Of a stretch of DNA of 57,502 bases, positions 17,655 through 25,696 are shown piece after piece. Where the stretch lies: NCBI GenBank assembly GCA_019038705.1, contig JAHOYX010000019.1:1-57502 (forward strand), in the 5' to 3' direction. Every line of letters begins with the position of its first letter. Position 1 is the first letter of the stretch. The notes under the pieces were generated by a model. It was not told the origin of the DNA and ran no database searches. It saw only the letters and a list, made by a program, of their open reading frames with translations. Made by a program: the position numbers and the translations under genes. Source of the DNA: Spirochaetales bacterium (GTDB taxonomy: Bacteria; Spirochaetota; Spirochaetia; DSM-27196; SLST01).

Positions 17655-17683
17655 ATTGTCTGTGGGCACTCGCCCCGCGTCAA
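17655..17683 (-). promoter_or_regulatory. Putative operon promoter, TTGACG-N17-GACAAT (minus-strand reading)
   Basis: On the plus strand, CGTCAA is at 17678..17683 and ATTGTC at 17655..17660, with a 17-nt spacer. It lies about 40 nt upstream of the ygfK-like ATG, in the divergent intergenic region. Confidence 0.35.
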
Positions 17684-17745
17684 GAAGGCAAACGGCCTCG
17701 CAAGGTACCGTTGCAGCGCGTTGTGGCTTCGCCTATCATGGCGCC

Positions 17746-18060
17746 ATGGCAGCGTGTTACAAGTGCGGGCACGAACTTCCGGCCCGCGAGAGGATATTCC
17801 GCGCAACACTGTGCGAGAGTTGCGGGTCCGATCTGCGCGTATGCAGGAATTGCGGATTCTATCTACCGGGGGCTCACTGGGATTGTCGTGAGACCGTCCC
17901 GGAAGCGGTTCGAGAGAAGGATCGCGCAAATTTCTGCGAGTTCTTTCGGCCTGCCACTGGAGCGGAGGCCAAAGGACAGGCGAAGCCCGGTGATGGAAGT
18001 GCAGACAACAGGGAAGAAAAGGCCCGTGACCAGCTCAACAATCTTTTCGGCGACAGCTGA
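17746..18060 (+). CDS. Small Cys-rich zinc-ribbon protein (104 aa), function unknown
   Basis: Reads MAACYKCGHEL...CESCGSDLRVCRNCGF...WDC...FCEFF followed by a charged tail. It is the internal ATG of ORF 17227..18060; the upstream part of that ORF is antisense to ygfK. Confidence 0.55.
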   Translation: MAACYKCGHELPARERIFRATLCESCGSDLRVCRNCGFYLPGAHWDCRETVPEAVREKDRANFCEFFRPATGAEAKGQAKPGDGSADNREEKARDQLNNLFGDS

Positions 18061-18904
18061 ACAACCCATTGGATTTCTTGATTCGGGTGTCGGCGGACTT
18101 CCGTATCTCCAGCGGGCCCGGGAACTCCTTCCCGAAGAACGCTTCGTTTATCTGGCCGATCGTCGGCACTTCCCGTACGGTGTCAGGAACCGTGACGAGA
18201 TCCGCGCCATAGTCATCAGCGCCGTGTCGGAACTTGTCGGTGTCGCTCGGCCTAAGATGGTCGTTGTCGCGTGCAACACGGCGAGTGTGGTTTCCCTTTC
18301 CGAGCTGCGCGCAACCTTCAGCATCCCGTTTGTCGGGGTTGTTCCCGCCATCAAACCCGCGGGAGCCACCGTGGAGAAGGGGCGTATAGGGGTACTGGCA
18401 ACCGAGCGAACGGTGGAGGACCCGTATGTGTCGAACCTGATTCGGGAGTTTGCGCCGAATAGCGATCTGGTGCTTGTGCCTGCCGGCCGGCTTGTGGAGT
18501 TTATCGAGACCGGGGTTGCCGTCGTCTCGCGCGACGAGATCCTTACCGTCCTGAAGATCCCGGCCGAGAAACTCATTGCCGAGTCGATAGACGTTGTGGT
18601 TCTCGGGTGCACTCATTTCATTCATATACGTAATGAGCTTTCCCAACTGCTCGGGCCCGGGATTCCGGTGCTTGATTCGGTTGAAGGTGTGGCGCGCCAG
18701 ATTGTCAGGGTGTGTGAGCAGACCGGGAAGACCGCCCGTGCTCAGCAGGCCGCGACAGGTGACCAGGAGCACAGCCTGCTCCTGGTCAGCGGCGGAGAGT
18801 CGCGCGGCGCCCCCGGCGGCGACGCCGCCGAGAATTACCGTCGATTGGCTGCGAAATTCAATCTCCAACTGCTTGATCATGAGCCGGCTGATCAGGTCCG
18901 GTAG
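17993..18904 (+). CDS. murI: Glutamate racemase
   Basis: Has IGFLDSGVGGLPY and VVACNTAS motifs and a later GCTHF motif. The start is uncertain: ATG 17993, or GTG 18026 preceded by GGGAAGAAAAGG. Confidence 0.85.
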   Translation: MEVQTTGKKRPVTSSTIFSATAEQPIGFLDSGVGGLPYLQRARELLPEERFVYLADRRHFPYGVRNRDEIRAIVISAVSELVGVARPKMVVVACNTASVVSLSELRATFSIPFVGVVPAIKPAGATVEKGRIGVLATERTVEDPYVSNLIREFAPNSDLVLVPAGRLVEFIETGVAVVSRDEILTVLKIPAEKLIAESIDVVVLGCTHFIHIRNELSQLLGPGIPVLDSVEGVARQIVRVCEQTGKTARAQQAATGDQEHSLLLVSGGESRGAPGGDAAENYRRLAAKFNLQLLDHEPADQVR

Positions 18905-18908
18905 CTGC

Positions 18909-19826
18909 ATGAACACGGGATTGGTGCTGACCGGGCGCAACAACATTTTCACCGTTCTGGTGGATGACCGGGTACTTCTGTGCCGGTTGAAGGGCAAGCG
19001 GCTGAACATCGACGAGCGAAGCTACAATCCGCTGGCGCCGGGAGACCTGGTCACGGTCGGCAGTGTCGACTACGCCCACGAAAGTGGCATTATAGAGGGA
19101 AGGCTGGAGCGGTCCAACGCGTTCGTGCGCTTCAATCGGAAGCGCATGGCGCCGCAGATGCTGGCGGCGAATGTTGACGAAGCGCTCTGCATCGCCTCCG
19201 TTCGGGAGCCGGGATTCCGCCCGCGATTCGTTGATCGATTCCTTGCGCTCGCGGAAGATCAGGGTATTGCGGCGGCCGTGATCGTCAACAAGGCCGATCT
19301 GGACGCGGATCAGGCGAACCGTGTGGTTGATCGATACAGGGGCCTGGGCTATCCGGCGTTTGCACTCTCCGCTTCCCGTGGAGACGGCGCGGAGGATTTT
19401 CGTCGACATATTGCATCGCGGTTGGTGGTGTTTGTGGGGCAGTCGGGAGTGGGCAAATCCACCCTGTTGAACGGCCTGGTTGGTCGGGAGATGCAGCAGG
19501 TTGGTCACGTGAGCCATAAGTTTCGGCGGGGACGGCACACGACAAACGCCGCCCGGCTTGTTCAGGATAGCGGCCTGCGGATTGTCGACACACCCGGCAT
19601 TCGGGAGTTGGACATTCGCACCATCGAGATTGGTGCCCTGGGGTGGTGTTTCCGGGAGTTTCGCGATTTCATCGGCTCGTGCGAGCATTCCGACTGCGTA
19701 CATCGCGATGAGCCCAGTTGTGCCGTGCGGACCGCGGCCGCCGAAGGAGAAATTTCCAGCGAGCGTTACGAGAGCTATCTAAGACTTCTCACCGAGCTTC
19801 GCGATCTGGAGAATGAATCGTCGTGA
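18909..19826 (+). CDS. rsgA: Ribosome small-subunit-dependent GTPase A
   Basis: Has GQSGVGKSTLLNGL, HTTNAARL and DTPGIRE motifs and a C-terminal zinc cluster CEHSDCVHRDEPSCAV. It is the internal ATG of ORF 18594..19826. Confidence 0.9.
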   Translation: MNTGLVLTGRNNIFTVLVDDRVLLCRLKGKRLNIDERSYNPLAPGDLVTVGSVDYAHESGIIEGRLERSNAFVRFNRKRMAPQMLAANVDEALCIASVREPGFRPRFVDRFLALAEDQGIAAAVIVNKADLDADQANRVVDRYRGLGYPAFALSASRGDGAEDFRRHIASRLVVFVGQSGVGKSTLLNGLVGREMQQVGHVSHKFRRGRHTTNAARLVQDSGLRIVDTPGIRELDIRTIEIGALGWCFREFRDFIGSCEHSDCVHRDEPSCAVRTAAAEGEISSERYESYLRLLTELRDLENESS

Positions 19827-22189
19827 ATAGACATACCATCCGAGTACTCGAATTTGAAAAGATTCGAACGCAGCTCCGCGAATATTGTCTTACGGCTGAA
19901 GCGGATGAGACGTTGCGAAGGGAACGGGTGAGGCTTGACCCCGGCGAAGTGGATCAACTGCTCTCGATCTCGGGTGCACTGAGGCGGTGCCTCGAGAGCA
20001 CTGCGGAGTTTCCGGCGCTCTCTTTTCCACCGATGGACACCGTTCTCGGCGAACTGGAGAAAGAGGGCGCCGTATTGGAAGCGGCGGAGCTTGCGGCCAT
20101 TGGATCGTACGCTCAAAGTGCGGCGCTTCTTCGGGCCTATCTTGTTCGAGCGGTCTCCGAAACCGGAGACCCCACCGTTGCGCCGCTTGCAGACGCCGTT
20201 CCCGATGTGAAGCCCGTTGCAGATCATGTGTTCAAGTTCGTGGACGCCGACGGTTCAATCCGTGAGCGCGAGATTCCGGAACTGAAACGAATCCGTAACC
20301 AGATAACCAAGGCCGGACAGGAGTTGCAGCGGGAAGCGCAGAATCTGCTGGGACGGAACGATCTGCGAAGATACTGGAACGCCTCGGTTCCCACCCTGCG
20401 CGAGGGCAGAACGGTCCTCGCCCTGAAAGCGGATCACCGCGGCAAGGTGAGCGGCATTGTTCATGAGGTTTCCTCAACCGGCGCAACAATCTTCATTGAG
20501 CCTGACTCGCTGGTTCAACGGAACAACGGCGTCACCGAGGCAAACAGTCGATATCAGATGGAACTCCTGCGCATTCTGCGTCAGCTGTCCGGTTTCTGCC
20601 GCGAGCACCACGATGAGCTGACTCGATGTGTCGTATCGGTGACCGAAATCGACAAGGTCTACGCACGTGCGCGGTACGCCATTGCGAACGACTGCATCGC
20701 CGCGGAGCGCAGCATCGACCGTATCTCCCTGCGGCAGGCCCGTCACCCGCTGTTGGGTGAGGCCGCGGTACCCATCTCCGTGGAGTTTCCGGCCGACAAA
20801 CGGCTGCTGGTTGTCACCGGGCCAAACACCGGCGGGAAGACGGTGAGCCTCAAGACGGTTGGCCTTCTCGCGCTGATGAATCAGTTCGGAATGGAGGTGC
20901 CGGCCGCTGCCGGGAGCGAGTTGCCGGTTTTCAGCGGCATCTTTGCGGACATAGGCGACGAGCAGAGCATTGAACAGAGCCTGTCTACATTCTCCGGGCA
21001 CATGCGGAACATCGGTAGAATTCTGAACGGCGCCGACGGACAGTCGCTCGTGCTGCTCGACGAGCTTGGATCCGGCACCGACCCCGAAGAGGGCGGGGCT
21101 CTCGCCATGGCCATCCTCGACGAACTCCTTGACCGTGGGCCCCACACGATCGTTACGACACACCACGGCGCGCTCAAGCACTACGGGTTCACCCAGCCGG
21201 CGGCAACCAATGCGTCGGTTGAGTTTGACATGAAAAGCCTGCGGCCTACCTATCGGATTATCCCCGGTGTTCCGGGATCGAGCCATGCGATTGAGGTGGC
21301 CGCGCACATGGGGCTTCTGCGAAAGGTTACCGGAGCGGCAAAGGCGTATCTCAGAGGTGAGGAGTACGATACCGGTCGCATCATTCGGACCCTGACCGAC
21401 AGGGAACAGGAACTCCATCACGAGCGCGAAAGTCTTCAGCTGGGTTTGCAGAGACTGGAAGCCGACCGGAACGAAGCACAGACCACACGTGACGAGCTGG
21501 CGCGCAAGGAGAAGGAGCTCAAGCAGGGTAAGCTGCGCGAGCTGGAAGCCTGGAGCGCGCAGGCGCGTAGCGAGCTGGAGAATCTTGTGCGGGAGGTCAG
21601 GGAAGGCGAGCTGACCCGTGAGAAGACCCGCCGCGTCAAGGAGTTCATCGGCGAAGCTGCGGATCAACTCGCCCGGGAGCGGGCGGCCACCGAGAGGGAT
21701 GACTTCGCGGCGCATGTGGACCGCTCAGCCGACGAGATCGATTCCGACATTCCATTATCCCCTGGTGTCGCTGTGCGTCTCCGGAGCAGCGGAAAGAAGG
21801 GTGTCGTTCAACGGAAGGCTAAGGGTTCTCGCTGGCAGGTACAGGTGGGCGCGGTCCGTCTTGCGATTGATGAAAGTGATCTGCTCCCTGTTCGAGAATC
21901 CTCAGATCTCACCCTCTCTGTCGCTGTCTCCGGTGCCGGTGGCCGGCCAAGCCTTGAGTTGGATCTGCGCGGCAAACGTCTGGAGGAGGCGCTCGAGGAG
22001 GTTGAGCGTCAAATTGACCAGGCGCTTCTGTCGGGAATGCAGCGGTTCGGGATCATTCACGGAACTGGTGAGGGTGTACTCCAGAAAGGAGTTCAGGATC
22101 TTCTCCGGCGCCACCCGCACGTTCGAAAGTACTCATTTGCACTGCCGGAAGACGGTGGCTTTGGTAAGACTATCGTAGAACTCTCCTGA
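19823..22189 (+). CDS. mutS2: Endonuclease MutS2 (MutS-family ATPase with C-terminal Smr domain)
   Basis: 788 aa. Has TGPNTGGKTV (Walker A) and LLDELGSGTDPEEG motifs and a C-terminal LDLRGKR...IIHGTGEGVL Smr domain. The GTG start overlaps the rsgA stop. Confidence 0.9.
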   Translation: MNRHTIRVLEFEKIRTQLREYCLTAEADETLRRERVRLDPGEVDQLLSISGALRRCLESTAEFPALSFPPMDTVLGELEKEGAVLEAAELAAIGSYAQSAALLRAYLVRAVSETGDPTVAPLADAVPDVKPVADHVFKFVDADGSIREREIPELKRIRNQITKAGQELQREAQNLLGRNDLRRYWNASVPTLREGRTVLALKADHRGKVSGIVHEVSSTGATIFIEPDSLVQRNNGVTEANSRYQMELLRILRQLSGFCREHHDELTRCVVSVTEIDKVYARARYAIANDCIAAERSIDRISLRQARHPLLGEAAVPISVEFPADKRLLVVTGPNTGGKTVSLKTVGLLALMNQFGMEVPAAAGSELPVFSGIFADIGDEQSIEQSLSTFSGHMRNIGRILNGADGQSLVLLDELGSGTDPEEGGALAMAILDELLDRGPHTIVTTHHGALKHYGFTQPAATNASVEFDMKSLRPTYRIIPGVPGSSHAIEVAAHMGLLRKVTGAAKAYLRGEEYDTGRIIRTLTDREQELHHERESLQLGLQRLEADRNEAQTTRDELARKEKELKQGKLRELEAWSAQARSELENLVREVREGELTREKTRRVKEFIGEAADQLARERAATERDDFAAHVDRSADEIDSDIPLSPGVAVRLRSSGKKGVVQRKAKGSRWQVQVGAVRLAIDESDLLPVRESSDLTLSVAVSGAGGRPSLELDLRGKRLEEALEEVERQIDQALLSGMQRFGIIHGTGEGVLQKGVQDLLRRHPHVRKYSFALPEDGGFGKTIVELS

Positions 22190-22209
22190 GATTCTTTGCG
22201 TGCTGCTTC

Positions 22210-22238
22210 TTGAGGGTCGCCCGCTTTCGTACTACTAT
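22210..22238 (+). promoter_or_regulatory. Putative promoter TTGAGG-N17-TACTAT, ending 7 nt before the lipoprotein ATG
   Basis: TTGAGG is at 22210..22215 and TACTAT at 22233..22238. No Shine-Dalgarno lies between the -10 and ATG 22246. Confidence 0.35.
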
Positions 22239-22245
22239 CGCGATC

Positions 22246-22848
22246 ATGAAGTATGGTTTCTCCTTGCTCGTCGCAGCCCTGCTCCTGACGGGATGTCTGA
22301 GCGTTGACACAACAATCGAATTGAATCGCGACGGCAGCGGTCGCCTCGATATCGTCTATGAGATTGACGCGGAACTCTACGACCTCGGGGTGTTTGACGA
22401 CACCGATAATGCCCTGCCGGTGCCGATTTCCCGGGATCAGTTTGAGGACACGGTGGAAAGGATCCCGGGACTGCGCCTGCGGCGCTACCGTGTCCGCGAG
22501 GACGTTGGCGTGGTGACCGTGTCCGCCCGGCTGCTGTTTGATTCGGTGGATGCCCTGAATGCCTGGTACGGCGGCGGGTCGGAAGCAATCTCGGTCACCG
22601 ACGAGGGAGAGTCAACCCTGTGGCGTCAGCTGCTCTATCCGGGTGGCGGAGGCGCCGGCGAAGTCGGTACGGCGCTGGGCGATTCGCTCCAGGGTTATCG
22701 AATTTCGTATCGGCTTGAACCGCCATCCGGTGTGATCTCGGCCGGCATCGGTGGGATATCCGATGACGGCAAGGCCGCGTTTGTGGAAATCAGCCTCGAG
22801 GAGATTGCCACGGCGGAGGCCCCGTCCTATTGGGAGGTGAGGTGGTAG
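22246..22848 (+). CDS. Hypothetical lipoprotein
   Basis: Starts MKYGFSLLVAALLLTGC, a signal peptide with a lipobox. It is the internal ATG of ORF 22210..22848. Confidence 0.6.
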   Translation: MKYGFSLLVAALLLTGCLSVDTTIELNRDGSGRLDIVYEIDAELYDLGVFDDTDNALPVPISRDQFEDTVERIPGLRLRRYRVREDVGVVTVSARLLFDSVDALNAWYGGGSEAISVTDEGESTLWRQLLYPGGGGAGEVGTALGDSLQGYRISYRLEPPSGVISAGIGGISDDGKAAFVEISLEEIATAEAPSYWEVRW

Positions 22849-23981
22849 GACCCCGCTTGCCGAGCATCGTCATCGTTGTCGTCACTGCGCTGCTGGGCCT
22901 GTCCGGCTGTGCGACGACCGCGGACGTTTCGGCCAGTGGCACTCAGCCTGCCGTCGAACCGATCACCGGACCCACCGCCGATGAACTGAATCAGCTACTC
23001 GCCCGCGCGGCGGAGTCCCTTGAGTTCGGCAACCATGCCGAGGCCCTTCATGACTTTGTCCTGCTGACCTTGGTCGCACCTGATTCCGACCACGGACGCC
23101 GCGCCGCATCTGAGTTGGACCGGCTGTCGAGCGCCCTTCGCCTGGAACCCGCGGCACAGTGGCTTGCCCCCGACGGATCTCAAGAATCAGCTTCAACGAG
23201 AGAGCTGAAATCCACTGGAGCACCCCTGCCGTCGGTAATCGCAACTATCGGCGAAGGGCCGGCTCGAGTCGCCGTGCACGGTCTGACGATCCAGTTTACC
23301 GTGACCGAAGGCGGAGCGCAGGGACCGTCGGTGCTTGTTCCCACCTCTGAATTTGGCACGGCAACGGCACCGATCCATTCCAACATAGCCGGGAGCAGGC
23401 CGATTTCTGTGTTCGCCACGCCCGTGGTTCTTACGGACCGCGGTCAGATTGCGCTTGCCTCAAGACCACTGGTCTTCACGTACGTTCCTCCTGCGTCCGT
23501 CTTCATTGTCCTGACCGCCACGCTGGTGGAGGACGAAGTAGCGCCGGCTCCGGAACTCGGGGGCGCCGTGGCAGTCCCGCTGCGAGCGATTGGATCGGTG
23601 GCCGTGCAGGACGGTTCATCCGTGAACGGCTTTCTGGGCGCCTATTCCGGTGATCCGGAAGCTATCCGGGCAATTCTGGATGCAAACGACGCTTCGCTTC
23701 TCGGAGTTGCGGTGCTGGACGTGCAGGCGATCTCCCAGGTGGAGTACCAGGGTCAGCTCTACAACATCTGGAAGGCGGATGCAGTGGTACGGCTTCTGTT
23801 CTTTGACGCGGTTGGTGGGCGATCACTCGTCACCCTGACCAGCAAGCCTCTCGCGGGTCAGGGCGGGAGCCGATTGGATGCACTCGTGGACATTGCGAGG
23901 GTTGGGGCCGAAGCTCTGGATGTGCTCATGGGTGCAAACGGTGACGAGTTTCGCACCCTCGTGACCGGGTCTCGTGAGTGA
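22830..23981 (+). CDS. Hypothetical lipoprotein (383 aa)
   Basis: The N-terminus ...IVIVVVTALLGLSGCATT carries a lipobox. It overlaps the previous gene by 19 nt. Confidence 0.6.
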   Translation: MGGEVVGPRLPSIVIVVVTALLGLSGCATTADVSASGTQPAVEPITGPTADELNQLLARAAESLEFGNHAEALHDFVLLTLVAPDSDHGRRAASELDRLSSALRLEPAAQWLAPDGSQESASTRELKSTGAPLPSVIATIGEGPARVAVHGLTIQFTVTEGGAQGPSVLVPTSEFGTATAPIHSNIAGSRPISVFATPVVLTDRGQIALASRPLVFTYVPPASVFIVLTATLVEDEVAPAPELGGAVAVPLRAIGSVAVQDGSSVNGFLGAYSGDPEAIRAILDANDASLLGVAVLDVQAISQVEYQGQLYNIWKADAVVRLLFFDAVGGRSLVTLTSKPLAGQGGSRLDALVDIARVGAEALDVLMGANGDEFRTLVTGSRE

Positions 23982-24376
23982 GACACCCCTCCCTTGTCCA
24001 GTTTGAGGCCGATCTCAAGCGTCTCTTCGACAGCGTGGATGATTATCTCGAGGGGAAATATGGACGGAAGTACCAGCTTCATCCGAGCAGGCCGGCCAGA
24101 GGACAGACATCCAACAAGGCTCAGGATGGCCTGTTCAATGTGGGTGCAAGTTTCACCGCAGGGTACGGATCACGGTACGGCCGCGGCTACGTGGTACAGG
24201 TGGAGATGGTGACGCTGGAGCGAGTGCCTCCGCATGTGCGTGAACTTATCGAACAGGAAGCCGCGGATCTCGTCAATGAGAAGCTGGCGTTCTACTTTCC
24301 CGGACGTGAGCTGACGGTGGCACGTGACCGCAACATCTTCAAGATTCACGGAGACCTCCGTCTTGGTGAGTTATAG
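23978..24376 (+). CDS. Hypothetical protein (132 aa)
   Basis: Uninterrupted ORF with a GTGA overlap to the upstream stop. I recognised no motif. Confidence 0.45.
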   Translation: MRHPSLVQFEADLKRLFDSVDDYLEGKYGRKYQLHPSRPARGQTSNKAQDGLFNVGASFTAGYGSRYGRGYVVQVEMVTLERVPPHVRELIEQEAADLVNEKLAFYFPGRELTVARDRNIFKIHGDLRLGEL

Positions 24377-24394
24377 CAAAATCTCCAATGTGAC

Positions 24395-24423
24395 TTGATA
24401 GAATCAGGTAGGGGAGCTACTAT
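24395..24423 (+). promoter_or_regulatory. Putative V-ATPase operon promoter TTGATA-N17-TACTAT
   Basis: TTGATA is at 24395..24400 and TACTAT at 24418..24423. GAGG lies 5 nt before ATG 24460. Confidence 0.4.
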
Positions 24424-24459
24424 CTTCTCAGTTTCACAATATCGTCACGCGAGGTCAGT

Positions 24460-25104
24460 ATGGATGCTCAGCTGCAGGAATTACTAGAGGCAATCAAGAC
24501 GGAAGGCGTGCAGACCGCTGAAAAACAAGCGGAACAGATTGTAGCGTCGGCCGAAGAGAAAGCCCGAGAGATTACCACTGACGCCGAGAAACGGGCCAGG
24601 GAGCTTGTTGAAGAGGCGCGAGCCGAACAAGCCAAGCTGGAGCAGTCAGGCCGAGAAACCTTGAAACAGGCTGGTCGTGATCTCATTCTGGGTGTCCAGG
24701 CACAGCTTGGGGTTATGTTCAAGACCGTCGTGGGTACTGCCGCGGTTGAGGCGATCTCCGCGGACATCCTTGAGAATACAATCGTCACCGTCGTTAACGC
24801 ATGGAGCCAGGGGAAGACTGACTCTCTGGACGTTATTCTGAGTGAAGCCGATCTGAAACGCCTCGAGCAGCGGCTTCGCAGCCGGCTGGCCGAGCGGATT
24901 AGCTCCGGGACCGAGATCAGGGCAAACAACGCGGTCAAGACGGGGTTTCGCGTGTCCACGAAGGACGGTTCTCTCTACTACGATTTCACTGTTGAGAGCA
25001 TCGCCGACGCTCTGTCGGCATACGTTGGTCCGCGGTTGATAGCGGTTCTGAAGGATGCCGCCGGGGGAACGGTCGGTGCGAGTCCCGCCGGCGGTGAGGC
25101 GTAG
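24460..25104 (+). CDS. atpE: V-type ATP synthase subunit E
   Basis: Has an N-terminal Ala/Glu/Lys-rich coiled coil followed by a globular C-terminus. It is the first gene of the V-ATPase operon. Confidence 0.75.
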   Translation: MDAQLQELLEAIKTEGVQTAEKQAEQIVASAEEKAREITTDAEKRARELVEEARAEQAKLEQSGRETLKQAGRDLILGVQAQLGVMFKTVVGTAAVEAISADILENTIVTVVNAWSQGKTDSLDVILSEADLKRLEQRLRSRLAERISSGTEIRANNAVKTGFRVSTKDGSLYYDFTVESIADALSAYVGPRLIAVLKDAAGGTVGASPAGGEA

Positions 25105-25120
25105 GAAAGCCGGGCGCATT

Positions 25121-25696
25121 GTGAACCAGTACTATTTTCTTGTAGCCAGCCTGCCATTCCTTTCACGCGACAGTGACCGGGCGAGCCCGCCGGAGGAGTT
25201 TCTTGCTTCTGCACGGGAGCACCTGACTCCGCGTGACTATACGGCCGTGTGCAGTGCCCGGATCGATGCCCCTGTGGAACTTGAACCCGGCCCGCCGGTG
25301 GTCACGAAGTGGCAACGATTCGAGCGTGGGCTTCGAAACGAGTTGGTGAAGGTGCGCGCGGCGAGGCTCGGGGCAGACCCGGCTGAGCATATTCGCACCG
25401 ACGAAGCGGGCAGCGACGACACTGATCAGACAGGCCTGACGGATACGGCTCGCGAGGCGTTTGGCGAGGAATCTCCGCTTTCCGGGGAGGACGTCCTCGG
25501 GCGAGCTCGCTGGGAATTCCTGACCGAACTGGAAGTTGGCCATTTCTTTGATGTTGATCGACTTGTTGTCTACTATCTGAAGCTGCAGCTTCTCGCCCGC
25601 AAGCGCCTGTTCAACAGGGACGACGGCGAGCGCGCGTTCAAAGCGGCCACGGACAGAATCATGAACGATTACTACCAGGAGCAGGGTGACTTATGA
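25121..25696 (+). CDS. DUF2764-like V-ATPase-associated protein (occupies the subunit C slot)
   Basis: The GTG start gives VNQYYFLVASLPFLS, the characteristic DUF2764 N-terminus. It lies between the E and A subunit genes. Confidence 0.6.
   Translation: MNQYYFLVASLPFLSRDSDRASPPEEFLASAREHLTPRDYTAVCSARIDAPVELEPGPPVVTKWQRFERGLRNELVKVRAARLGADPAEHIRTDEAGSDDTDQTGLTDTAREAFGEESPLSGEDVLGRARWEFLTELEVGHFFDVDRLVVYYLKLQLLARKRLFNRDDGERAFKAATDRIMNDYYQEQGDL

Noticed and set aside
17617-17745. Purine/xanthine-type riboswitch in front of the ygfK-like operon
   Set aside because: If the TTGACG-N17-GACAAT promoter is real, the leader is only about 30-35 nt, too short for any purine aptamer. I saw no conserved aptamer junction sequences.
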